A program made the translations under genes and the position numbers. Positions 8,312-16,885 of a stretch of 52,050 nt of DNA are shown in pieces. Within the stretch, counting starts at the first letter, position 1; every line of letters begins with the position of its first letter. The DNA is taken from NCBI GenBank assembly GCA_964487665.1, contig CAZARR010000006.1, positions 1 through 52,050 on the forward strand, given 5' to 3'. This DNA comes from an uncultured Pseudomonadales bacterium (GTDB lineage: Bacteria; Patescibacteriota; Microgenomatia; UBA1400; MFAQ01). The notes below the pieces were generated by a model that was not told the DNA's origin, ran no database searches, and saw only the letters and a program-made list of their open reading frames with translations.

Positions 8312-9358
8312 TTGTTAATGCAACAAAGATCTGGTTTAAAAATCGCTCTTGCTTTTAACGTCAAAAAAAGTAAGCCATCAAAGGACATATCCAAACAGGT
8401 TGATTTGGAGTTCGATTCGATAGCGGTGATCGAGGGTATAAAGAGTGCCTTGGAGAAATTAGGACATAGTGTGGTATTGGTGGAAGCAGATGAAGAAGCT
8501 TTTTTGAAGCTTGGTCAGCTCAAGGGGAGGGTTGATATTGTTTTTAATATTGCCGAAGGTCTTGGAGGTGATGCCAGAGAGTCGCAGATACCAATGTTTT
8601 GCGAAATTCTGAACATTCCATATACTCATTCGAGTCCAACCGTTCATGCTATAACACTTAACAAAGCTTTCGCAAAATTAATATTGAAAGGAGCTGGGGG
8701 AATTCTCGTACCCGAGTCAAAAACGGTTCGGTCAAAAGATGATATTTTGGGTTTGTCACTAACGTTTCCGGTTATTGTAAAGCCAAACAAAGAAGGTTCT
8801 AGCAAAGGTATTCTGGACAAAAGTGTAGTAAGAAAACGAACGGATTTAGTGAAAATTGCCAAAGAAATATCCGAGAATTGGACCAAAGAAATATTGGTCG
8901 AGGAGTTCATTGATGGTAGGGAGTTTACCGTTGCGGTAATCGGTAACCAAAATCCACAAATTTTACCTATCGTGGAGCAAAAGTTTGGTTTTTTGCCAAA
9001 AGGAATGAACAATATTGCATCTTTTGAATTGAAATGGCTATACGAGGACGCAATAAAAGATTTGAGTCAGGCTTATGATTGCCCGGCAAAGTTGAGTGTG
9101 AAGAAGCGACGATTGATAGAGAAGGCCTCGAAAAGAATCTATCAGGTACTAGAGGTTCGCGATTGTGCGAGGGTAGATTATCGATTAAGGGGGGACGATT
9201 TGTATTTTATTGAAATAAACACTTTGCCCGGAATGAATCCGGACGAAAAAATAATATCGTATTTACCTCTGGCGGCAAGAATGGCTGGAATGAGTTTCGA
9301 CCAGTTGGTTCAGGTGATACTAGAGTCTGCGCTAAAAAGGTATAATCTGAAACGATGA
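8312..9358 (+). CDS. D-alanine--D-alanine ligase-like ATP-grasp enzyme
   Basis: FNIAEG, VIVKPNKEGSSKGI, VEEFIDGREFTV, RVDYRL, EINTLPGM. Confidence 0.88.
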   Translation: MLMQQRSGLKIALAFNVKKSKPSKDISKQVDLEFDSIAVIEGIKSALEKLGHSVVLVEADEEAFLKLGQLKGRVDIVFNIAEGLGGDARESQIPMFCEILNIPYTHSSPTVHAITLNKAFAKLILKGAGGILVPESKTVRSKDDILGLSLTFPVIVKPNKEGSSKGILDKSVVRKRTDLVKIAKEISENWTKEILVEEFIDGREFTVAVIGNQNPQILPIVEQKFGFLPKGMNNIASFELKWLYEDAIKDLSQAYDCPAKLSVKKRRLIEKASKRIYQVLEVRDCARVDYRLRGDDLYFIEINTLPGMNPDEKIISYLPLAARMAGMSFDQLVQVILESALKRYNLKR

Positions 9359-10095
9359 AAGGTCAGGTTGTTTTGGTTACTGGGGGTTCGAGCGGAATAG
9401 GCAAGTCGATTGTATTATTGTTCGCAAAGGGTGGGGCGAGGGTGATTTTTTCTTACAAGGATAACCTCGATGGGGCCAAAGGGGTGATTGGGGTGGCGAC
9501 TAAAGTGAAGGGGGAAATCTATTTTGAGCAGGCTGATTTGTGTAAGCAGGCAGATGGTTTAAGGTTGGTGGAAAGTGTGGTTAAGCGATTTGGTCGTATT
9601 GACATACTTGTTAATAATGCTGGTAGATATCTCGACGGGGACGAATGGGATGCGGACATGGCTATTTGGGTAGATAGTCTAAAACAAAATTTCTTGGGTG
9701 CTGTAAACGTATCAAAAAATGCGATCGAGATAATGAAAAGGCAGAAATCTGGAGTAATAGTCAACATTGCTTCGCGCTATTCGGTTTCGGGGCAATACGA
9801 TGCCTTGACCTATTCGGCAGCTAAGGCTGCGATTGTAAATATGACTCAGGCTCAGGCAAAATTGATGGCGCCATGGGGTCGGGCCAACGCAATTTCACCT
9901 GGGGTGGTTAGAACTGGATACTGGTTGACTGCGCCCAAAGAAGAATTGGATAGAAATTTTGCAAAGATACCAATGGGCAGGTTAGTGGAACCAGAAGAAG
10001 TAGCACAATTAGTCGTATTTTTGGCATCTGACAAGGCCAGGATGATCACTGGACAAAACATAATTATCGATGGTGGGTATACACAAAGTAGCTAG
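9355..10095 (+). CDS. SDR family oxidoreductase (FabG-like)
   Basis: TGGSSGIG, NNAG, YSAAK catalytic motif, ITGQNIIIDGG. Confidence 0.93.
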   Translation: MKGQVVLVTGGSSGIGKSIVLLFAKGGARVIFSYKDNLDGAKGVIGVATKVKGEIYFEQADLCKQADGLRLVESVVKRFGRIDILVNNAGRYLDGDEWDADMAIWVDSLKQNFLGAVNVSKNAIEIMKRQKSGVIVNIASRYSVSGQYDALTYSAAKAAIVNMTQAQAKLMAPWGRANAISPGVVRTGYWLTAPKEELDRNFAKIPMGRLVEPEEVAQLVVFLASDKARMITGQNIIIDGGYTQSS

Positions 10096-10096
10096 T

Positions 10097-10125
10097 TTGA
10101 CATAGTTAAAATGCGGATATAGAAT
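10097..10125 (+). promoter_or_regulatory. Sigma70 promoter for a probably leaderless mRNA
   Basis: TTGACA-17-TAGAAT, then 6 nt to ATG 10132. Confidence 0.7.
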
Positions 10126-10131
10126 CCGTTC

Positions 10132-10590
10132 ATGCCTGTAGAAATAAGTCGTGTGCCGAGCTCCAGAGATGATTCGTTCGATGTCCTTGCAGAGGTCTCG
10201 ATCGGTGGGTTGAATTTAGACCAGATACTAGATTTGCTCCACAGCCTTAGAGGGAAAAGTCGGGTGTCTGCTAGCGGATGGGAAGTGTCTACCACGCAGG
10301 GCGATTTAACACATGGTCGGGTTCGCTTGTCTCTTTTCCAGGCATGGCAAATCATTGAGATAGGAAAGTTATTTATGCGAATTCAGTGGCATGAGCAAGC
10401 TGGGTGGGTGGTGGAAGGCGATTTTAAGGACCTTCCGGTGGGTTATCGGCACTGTGAGAACCGCTGGGATTCAGCGCTTATTTTGGATACTAGTGAGACT
10501 TTTAATCCGCCATATGGAGAATTGAGTGATTGGGAGAGAATTTCAATGGCAGCTTTGTTTAACGAATTGGGTATCCATTTGCGAGGATAA
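10132..10590 (+). CDS. Hypothetical protein
   Basis: 152-aa ORF with its own consensus promoter. Confidence 0.7.
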   Translation: MPVEISRVPSSRDDSFDVLAEVSIGGLNLDQILDLLHSLRGKSRVSASGWEVSTTQGDLTHGRVRLSLFQAWQIIEIGKLFMRIQWHEQAGWVVEGDFKDLPVGYRHCENRWDSALILDTSETFNPPYGELSDWERISMAALFNELGIHLRG

Positions 10591-10599
10591 ACTAGCTTA

Positions 10600-11052
10600 T
10601 TACCCGTAGGGTGGGTGAAATCTTCCCTCCTGTTGGGCTAGTCGCTTGTCGAGAGCCCCGCTGACATTATCTTCGAAGGTACATTGGATGGCAAACCTAA
10701 GTGCTTTTGGAGTGACCAAGTTTGAGGTTTCTGCTCCGAATTGATACACGACATCCCCTACCAAAACCCAGAAACGTGAGAGGTCGAATGGCTGGCCTGG
10801 ATTCCGCTCTACTGGATTAGTTAGTGTAACTAATATTGCAGAATAATAGCCGGCACCCGATGCTACAAAAATATCCTTGACTGATAGTGCTCCTAGTTTA
10901 TCGTGAGTCGCTCTTTTGGCTACCGCGAAAATAATCTGGCGTTCTCTGGGCGTACATCTTGTCCAGCCCATTTCAACGCCTCGCGCGAGTGAACTTTCTT
11001 GATCTTCCCTAAGCTGGTGAGGGAAGTAATATTTTTTTTCTGCGTTTGGCAT
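10600..11052 (-). CDS. Hypothetical protein
   Basis: 150-aa ORF; TATAAT 7 nt before the ATG. Confidence 0.65.
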   Translation of the reverse strand: MPNAEKKYYFPHQLREDQESSLARGVEMGWTRCTPRERQIIFAVAKRATHDKLGALSVKDIFVASGAGYYSAILVTLTNPVERNPGQPFDLSRFWVLVGDVVYQFGAETSNLVTPKALRFAIQCTFEDNVSGALDKRLAQQEGRFHPPYG

Positions 11053-11111
11053 TTTCTGGATTATATACTACGTCTTGTTTTATACTCAAAAAGTAAGATA
11101 GTTTTATCTAG

Positions 11112-11705
11112 ATGAATATTGATAAGCAAAAGTCTGAGTTTCTCAGAATTGTAAAAACGAACCCAAATATCAGTTACGTGCTAAAAAACTTCGTTTTTCC
11201 AAATGGCAAAGTGTGGTATTTAGTTGGGGGTAGCGTAAACCAAACGGTTTGGAACTATTTAACCAAACGAAGTTGGGACTATGGAATAGGCGATTATGAT
11301 ATTCATTACTGGGACGAAGATCGGTCTGACCGGCAGGAAAAAAAGATCCAAGCTTTAGTGGCAAGTAAATTAGACAGACTAGGCGTTGAGATTGAGGTAA
11401 CTAATCAGGCGCGGGTACACGAATGGTTCGGGGGGTATTTTGGTGTAGACATGGTTGCATATACCAGTCTTGATCAAGCTATATCCACTCCACCATCAAC
11501 CGTTACTTGTATTGGAGTGACTAAAAGGAGTAACGAAGAAATGGTTTTTGCCCCGTATGGTCTTGACGATGTATTCTCGATGACTTTGAGATATAACCCC
11601 CAAACATATATTCCAGCCGATCATGTGTTAACAAAGGTTGCAAAGTGGAAATCTAAATGGCCTGAGTTGAATGTGATTGAGAGTAGTTATCCGAAACGGG
11701 GGTAA
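11112..11705 (+). CDS. Nucleotidyltransferase family protein (DUF925-like)
   Basis: LVGGSVNQTVWN, DYDIHYWD, EVTNQARVH, APYGLDD. Confidence 0.85.
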   Translation: MNIDKQKSEFLRIVKTNPNISYVLKNFVFPNGKVWYLVGGSVNQTVWNYLTKRSWDYGIGDYDIHYWDEDRSDRQEKKIQALVASKLDRLGVEIEVTNQARVHEWFGGYFGVDMVAYTSLDQAISTPPSTVTCIGVTKRSNEEMVFAPYGLDDVFSMTLRYNPQTYIPADHVLTKVAKWKSKWPELNVIESSYPKRG

Positions 11706-11727
11706 ACTTGGCTAGGATTTGTGTTTT

Positions 11728-12216
11728 ATGAAAAAGGTAATATTTGTTGGGCAGGCGATGCCCAGGCGAAAAAGAGACCCTCACGATTGGCCAAGTTTAA
11801 ATGTCTGGCTACGTTCAATCGACTTGTCTATTGAAGAAATTAGACAAAATTTTTGTTTTTCGGCCTTGGTCGATTACTTTCCCGGTTCAAATGGAGGCGG
11901 GCATCGGGTTCCTTCGGTAGAGGAAATTAAAAAACAGCGGAGTAGACTAGCAAGGACAATAGCAGGTTTCGGACCGGAATTGGTGATTCCGGTGGGCAAG
12001 TTGTCAATATCATATTGTTTAGATCGAAAGATAGATTCACTGAGTAATTATGTTGGCAAGTTTTTCGAAGCAGACCCGTATCGCTTACTTAGTTACAGTT
12101 TGCCAGTGATTCCGTTGCCACACCCTTCGGGGGCAAGTACTTGGCGACATATGAGCGAGAACAAAAAGTTGTTGCAACAGGCACTGAATGTTTTTAGGAG
12201 AGCCATTGTTAGTTAA
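11728..12216 (+). CDS. Uracil-DNA glycosylase superfamily protein
   Basis: FVGQAMP motif A and PLPHPSG motif B. Confidence 0.8.
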   Translation: MKKVIFVGQAMPRRKRDPHDWPSLNVWLRSIDLSIEEIRQNFCFSALVDYFPGSNGGGHRVPSVEEIKKQRSRLARTIAGFGPELVIPVGKLSISYCLDRKIDSLSNYVGKFFEADPYRLLSYSLPVIPLPHPSGASTWRHMSENKKLLQQALNVFRRAIVS

Positions 12217-12267
12217 TACTAGTGCAGGAGTGAAAGGTCTTACGTTATGGAGATGGTATAATGGGCA

Positions 12268-14211
12268 TTGATGCCAGAAAAAGCAGGCGGATCGGTGGAA
12301 CAAAATATTCCTGAAAAAGAAAGGACGGTGAATCGTCGTCAGTTGGTTATTGGGGGCAGCCTTGTCGCGGGTATTGGGGCAGCAAGCGCTTTGTTGGGTG
12401 GGGCATTTCGCACATTTGATGCTAATTTGAGAGGGTATGCTATCTATGGTAATAAAATTGAGGGACTTCGTAGAAAAGGGCTTGATCAATTGCAATCCGA
12501 GAACGGTTCGCTTGTTCGGGCTATTGGAGAAACGTGGGGTCTAAGTTGTGAAGGTATTGATATGGAGCCCGCGATGGCAAATTATGCATTAAACGAAATC
12601 TATAGAAAATGTCTACTTTTCCCCCCTAAATTGTTTGACCCATTTACGGTGGGGAGATATCAACGATCAATGGACTTACTTATGGGTGATATGAATCCAA
12701 AAGATCCTGTAAAGGAGAGTATAGGTCCAAAAGGGATCAGGTATCAGCTGGGTCAGCAGGGATACGCCTTGCCCGATGGGTTTATGGCGATTCCAGCTGG
12801 TAGGCAAGATTATGCTCCTCACCCAGGAGACTGTTTTATACACGAGTTGTCTCATCAGGTTGAAATGTTGACTCGACTGCCCCCAATTTCTACAAGAAAA
12901 GTAAGGTTTAATTGGTATTTAGGGGCTTATGGTGACCCTGAGGCTGATATTCCCGACAGCTTTGCGAGAAACACCAGGGTCTTACAAGGATTACTTGTTC
13001 GCACGTTGTACCCCGAATATCTAACTGATTATTCACTTTTGAATAGATTGGAGGATATTGCCGATACTTGCGAGTATGTAATTTTTGGTAATCCAAAGTT
13101 AGCGTGGTCGTGGGCGACCGGGGCGAATCGGGAGAAGCGCTACAAAGTGTGGACAGTGATGAAAACATTCGAGTTACTTTCTGGGGGTCGTATGGATAAG
13201 CAATATTGGCGTGATTTAGCTGATGGTCGGGTTACAGGATTGGATTATTGGGCGCAAAAGGAACCGACTCGGAGTGTTGCTGTTGTCCGCGGTCAGGAGG
13301 CAATTGTGGTAACCGATTTGTCGAAAAATCCAAAAAATAATCGCTATATTCCGGCAATGATTCGTATTCGGACTATGAGGAATGAGGAGCAACGACTTTT
13401 GGGTGGAGTAGAGAGTCTCAAAGGTTTTAGGCTGGCACAGTATCCGGATAATAGTGGAGCGGCTGTGGCTGATTACGATTCTTTAGCTAAGTTAAATGCA
13501 GATGCTAATATTGCTGGATTAAAAATAAATATTGTGGCAGGTAGACAGGGCGTGACGGCGATGCGACAAGAGTTTGCTGTTGTCGTCGATGGTTACCCTG
13601 GGACAATTTGTCAAATTGAACATGGTGATAGCGGTGAGGTAACGATTTTTACAGATTATGAAATCTTAACCATAGCATTGACTACGCGACTTGATACGGT
13701 GAGTAAACAGTGGCAGCCATATTACCGTGTGATCAACAAACGGAATCTTGGTAGAACAGAAATGGATGAATTGGGTTTGCCCGCTGATTTTATCGCGTCT
13801 AGGGATGGTCGTTTGTGGCAGATCGTTGTTGGTGCTGCTTCAGCAGCTGGTGCGGCGAGAACGCTGCAGATATTAAAAGATAGTTTTAAACAAAGACAAA
13901 TAGATGAAGAGTTACAACAGCTAGAGATTCGAAGTGTGCAGGAGGGAGTTGAAAAAACATCAGGCAAAATCTCTCGCAGAGTTTTTTTAAAGAGATTGGG
14001 GTTAATTGGTATCGGGGGGTTGTTGTTTTTAGCTGGACTATTAGACCTATCTCAAAAACCAGAAGATCAGTATATTGAGGGGATCAATCTGGAGCGAGCA
14101 AGGAGTACTTTCTTAAAAATTATGGCCGGTAAAGAAAGGTTTCCGATTCCGTTGGATGTTCTTCCTTGGTCACCAGATAATCACGAAGAAATCAGGCCAA
14201 TTTTTGAGTAG
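12268..14211 (+). CDS. Membrane-associated protein with zincin-like metallopeptidase motif
   Basis: FIHELSHQVE (HExxH), downstream YSLLNRLEDIADT; NRRQLV plus hydrophobic N-terminus. Confidence 0.65.
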   Translation: MMPEKAGGSVEQNIPEKERTVNRRQLVIGGSLVAGIGAASALLGGAFRTFDANLRGYAIYGNKIEGLRRKGLDQLQSENGSLVRAIGETWGLSCEGIDMEPAMANYALNEIYRKCLLFPPKLFDPFTVGRYQRSMDLLMGDMNPKDPVKESIGPKGIRYQLGQQGYALPDGFMAIPAGRQDYAPHPGDCFIHELSHQVEMLTRLPPISTRKVRFNWYLGAYGDPEADIPDSFARNTRVLQGLLVRTLYPEYLTDYSLLNRLEDIADTCEYVIFGNPKLAWSWATGANREKRYKVWTVMKTFELLSGGRMDKQYWRDLADGRVTGLDYWAQKEPTRSVAVVRGQEAIVVTDLSKNPKNNRYIPAMIRIRTMRNEEQRLLGGVESLKGFRLAQYPDNSGAAVADYDSLAKLNADANIAGLKINIVAGRQGVTAMRQEFAVVVDGYPGTICQIEHGDSGEVTIFTDYEILTIALTTRLDTVSKQWQPYYRVINKRNLGRTEMDELGLPADFIASRDGRLWQIVVGAASAAGAARTLQILKDSFKQRQIDEELQQLEIRSVQEGVEKTSGKISRRVFLKRLGLIGIGGLLFLAGLLDLSQKPEDQYIEGINLERARSTFLKIMAGKERFPIPLDVLPWSPDNHEEIRPIFE

Positions 14212-14218
14212 GTATTAG

Positions 14219-15067
14219 TCAGGTGGTTATTCTTTTGATGGAAATGGCGGTTAGATGATCATTTAAAGAAGACAATGCTCTTCCAAACGACGGGATCAGG
14301 TTTGATGGAAAGTGAACACCATCGTGTTGGTACGCAAAAGTATCGGTACACAAAAACACTTCCTGAATTGGCTCATTTATTAAATAGACATCTTTTTTAA
14401 TGCTGTCATTCTTTCTGTCTGCACCTAATGAGTATGTGATTGAACCTGTGGGGCTGGTGACATCAACATGAACCTTGGCCGATTCCACGTATTTGGGGGT
14501 AGCCCAGTATACGCGAGAGTCACCGCAGTTAATGGCTATACCCGTCGTGTCTTGCTCGGATACAGCCAGTAAAAATAAAGATAGGGTAGTCACCCCCAAC
14601 AGTGAGGGAGAGTGTTGTGCTCCATCGGCAATCCAGTGCCAAAGATCACCTGACAATTCTTCGATGTTAGAGTAGTTGGAAGTAATTTTGGAAAATTTGT
14701 CAACAGTATTTTCTACGACGGATTTTGAGGTATCCTCTGAGTTTTTTCGGGAACTGACTCCGTCTGCCACTAGTGCAAGAATTGTTGACCATTTGCGGTC
14801 AGCGATTGTGATGTCTTTTTGGGCTAGACCTGCAAAGTCCTGGTTGGGCAATCCCTTTTTACCGGCGGTAGTGCCAATAAATATGTGAAAGTGTTGTTGG
14901 CTTAATTGAATATTTCGGTCGACAAACTCTAGGTAAGCTTGTACTACTGATCCGTCAGGTAAGGTTGATTTCAGGTCGCTAACGTATATTTCTGTCTTGG
15001 GAGAAATTGTCAGGCGAGAATCGATGGCCCTACTAAATCCTTGGTCTTGTGGTGTGGAGGGTGTCAT
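14219..15067 (-). CDS. PP2C-like protein phosphatase
   Basis: LVADGVS, INCGDSRVY, FLCTD, C-terminal DHLTAI. Confidence 0.75.
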   Translation of the reverse strand: MTPSTPQDQGFSRAIDSRLTISPKTEIYVSDLKSTLPDGSVVQAYLEFVDRNIQLSQQHFHIFIGTTAGKKGLPNQDFAGLAQKDITIADRKWSTILALVADGVSSRKNSEDTSKSVVENTVDKFSKITSNYSNIEELSGDLWHWIADGAQHSPSLLGVTTLSLFLLAVSEQDTTGIAINCGDSRVYWATPKYVESAKVHVDVTSPTGSITYSLGADRKNDSIKKDVYLINEPIQEVFLCTDTFAYQHDGVHFPSNLIPSFGRALSSLNDHLTAISIKRITT

Positions 15068-15273
15068 TGTTCTTTGTGATAACCAACTAGATTGGTGAAA
15101 TCGTCTCGGGCGGTTTTCTTGCCGATTTGTTCATAGGCCGAAGCGAGGTCGGTAGCAGTAATTACTAAGGTTTCATGAGGTTTGAAACCTCGAAGTTCGA
15201 CGTTGTTTTCTTTGGGTCGGGCGACGTCTTCGGGGGGAGAGTCAAACTCGTACACGTTGTGAGTATATAACAT
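15064..15273 (-). CDS. Small hypothetical protein
   Basis: 69-aa ORF overlapping the PP2C start by 4 nt; possible GTG start at 15255. Confidence 0.5.
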   Translation of the reverse strand: MLYTHNVYEFDSPPEDVARPKENNVELRGFKPHETLVITATDLASAYEQIGKKTARDDFTNLVGYHKEQ

Positions 15274-15308
15274 TATTTTCTGCCGTATGTGTGTGAAACG
15301 CCAGCTCG

Positions 15309-15578
15309 TTATCTCTTATAGACTTGGTCGTGGGTTCCTAAGTCAAAGAAGTATGCGCCTAAATTGTCAAGAAAGAATAACATCCGCAGGCTTTTGTCAA
15401 TGGAAATACTCCACATGTTGTCCAAATTTCCAGAAAGCTTATGTGTTCTCAGAGAAGGGTGTTGATGATTCTGCTGAAACAGATTTAGTTGCTTTTCAAT
15501 TTTTTGGGCCAACTGTTTGTCCTTGGATCTAATTTCCCTTAACTCCTTGTCTAAATCGGGCGATATTTCAAAGTTCAT
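15309..15578 (-). CDS. Type II TA toxin, RelE/YafQ family
   Basis: HPSLRTHKLSG...WSISI...RMLF...LGTHDQVY; start reassigned to ATG 15578. Confidence 0.88.
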   Translation of the reverse strand: MNFEISPDLDKELREIRSKDKQLAQKIEKQLNLFQQNHQHPSLRTHKLSGNLDNMWSISIDKSLRMLFFLDNLGAYFFDLGTHDQVYKR

Positions 15579-15822
15579 TAAAATATTTAGTCGCGTCCTT
15601 GACTTTAATTGCATTTTTTCTGTCAGCTAATGCCTTACGAGCTTTTTTTTCGGCGGCCTCGGATATTCTAAACACGGGGAAGTCTAAATCGGCTACATCT
15701 TTAAGAATTAGGTGTTTGACATAGCTGGCAATGGGCATATCAAATTTCCTGGCTTTGCTCTCTAAATAATCCTTAAGGGTAACGGGAAGGTTAATCTTTA
15801 TCTGAGACTGCTGGGTAATCAT
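15568..15822 (-). CDS. Type II TA antitoxin (ribbon-helix-helix-like)
   Basis: IKINLPVTLKDYLESKARKFDMPIASYVKHLI; upstream of and overlapping the toxin. Confidence 0.8.
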   Translation of the reverse strand: MITQQSQIKINLPVTLKDYLESKARKFDMPIASYVKHLILKDVADLDFPVFRISEAAEKKARKALADRKNAIKVKDATKYFNEL

Positions 15823-15982
15823 GGGTCGATTGTAGCACCAACATCAGGACTTATCAAGGACTTTTGAGTATATCCACTTCAATCCTGGGTAGAAAGTATT
15901 CGAGCCTGGAATTTTACCCCTCTTACTTAAAAAATCTGAACCTCAAATATTTTAAAAGTTCGATGATAGTACATCAAGTATT

Positions 15983-16070
15983 TGCAAGCTTTGAAAGGGA
16001 GTCCGTCCCATTCCGAACAGGGTTGGAAACCTCTCTTGGCGGAGTGTGCGGTGAACCATGTTGGCTTGGA
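15983..16070 (+). rRNA. Short 5S rRNA-like element (divergent or degenerate)
   Basis: Loop C motif CCCATTCCGAAC 16007-16018, GGAAAC, helix II-like AAGGGAG/CTCTCTT, helix I-like CAAGC/GCTTG; intergenic; ~30 nt shorter than a typical 5S. Confidence 0.45.
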
Positions 16071-16087
16071 CTTTCAATCTAGCGATA

Positions 16088-16408
16088 TTATGGTGCGATT
16101 GGACTAAAAATGGCGTCCTGTAGTGATGCCCAAACGGTGATCAGGGGATATATAAGGAGGAGTAAACCGACAAACCAAAGAAGATATTGTTTTTTATGAA
16201 TATTCTTTACCACATGCAAAATCAAGATTATTGCTTGACTTAGTACAAGCACATCTAAAATAGTGAATGATAGGGGCCAAGAATGACCATTTGCAAGATT
16301 GATATCACCTAAAAATGTTGCAAGTGAGTTGTACGGTACTAGGAATATTATTGAATACCAAAACACCATGAATGCAAGAAAAATAATTTGGGATGTGTTA
16401 TTTTTCAT
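16088..16408 (-). CDS. Small membrane protein (3 TM)
   Basis: Hydrophobic 106-aa ORF; start reassigned to ATG 16408 because the longer ORF-track start lies inside tRNA-Trp. Confidence 0.7.
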   Translation of the reverse strand: MKNNTSQIIFLAFMVFWYSIIFLVPYNSLATFLGDINLANGHSWPLSFTILDVLVLSQAIILILHVVKNIHKKQYLLWFVGLLLLIYPLITVWASLQDAIFSPIAP

Positions 16409-16412
16409 ATTT

Positions 16413-16486
16413 TGGCAGGCCTGCCAGGACTCGAACCTGGAAGAAGGGTTTTGGAGACCCTCATGATACCGTTTCATCACAGGCCT
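16413..16486 (-). tRNA. trnW: tRNA-Trp (CCA)
   Basis: AGGCCTG/CAGGCCT acceptor, CT-CCA-AA loop, GGTTCGAGTCC T-arm, encoded CCA. Confidence 0.96.
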
Positions 16487-16570
16487 ACGGTGAGCTTATT
16501 TTATCGCAATTCTTTTGAGAAGTCCCTGATAGTTAGAACCGAGTGGAGACCATCAGGTGTGCCCTGCTAA

Positions 16571-16744
16571 TTACTTTAGTTTGGCCGACTCTTTGTGTGG
16601 GGTGTGTTTGCGGCACTTGCGACAGTACTTGTTTAGTTCAAGCTTGTCTGGGGTGTTGGTCTTGTTGCGTTCACTTAGATAATTGAAGTTGTTGCATACA
16701 GTACATTTGAGACCGATGTTTTGTCGGGGACCTTTTTTTGCCAT
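16571..16744 (-). CDS. rpmG: 50S ribosomal protein bL33 (Zn-binding form), not in the ORF track
   Basis: Hand translation MAKKGPRQNIGLKCTVCNNFNYLSERNKTNTPDKLELNKYCRKCRKHTPHKESAKLK*. Confidence 0.97.
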   Translation of the reverse strand: MAKKGPRQNIGLKCTVCNNFNYLSERNKTNTPDKLELNKYCRKCRKHTPHKESAKLK

Positions 16745-16811
16745 AGCGTGGGATATTTTAGCATCAAGGAAAGAGTGTGGCTAGTGTAAAATTGGGTGTT
16801 GTAGCTCTTAA

Positions 16812-16885
16812 GCCACCCTAGCTCAGCTGGCTAGAGCACCTGTTTTGTAAACAGGGGGTCTTGGGTTCGAATCCCAAGGGTGGCT
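16812..16885 (+). tRNA. trnT: tRNA-Thr (UGU)
   Basis: GCCACCC/GGGTGGC acceptor, TT-TGT-AA loop; CCA not encoded. Confidence 0.96.

Noticed and set aside
8312-9358. VanA/VanB-type glycopeptide resistance ligase
   Set aside because: No vanH/vanX/vanRS context; the neighbour is an SDR, not a D-lactate dehydrogenase
16409-16570. ORFs overlapping tRNA-Trp (and 17629-17814 over tRNA-Tyr)
   Set aside because: Frames read through tRNA sequence
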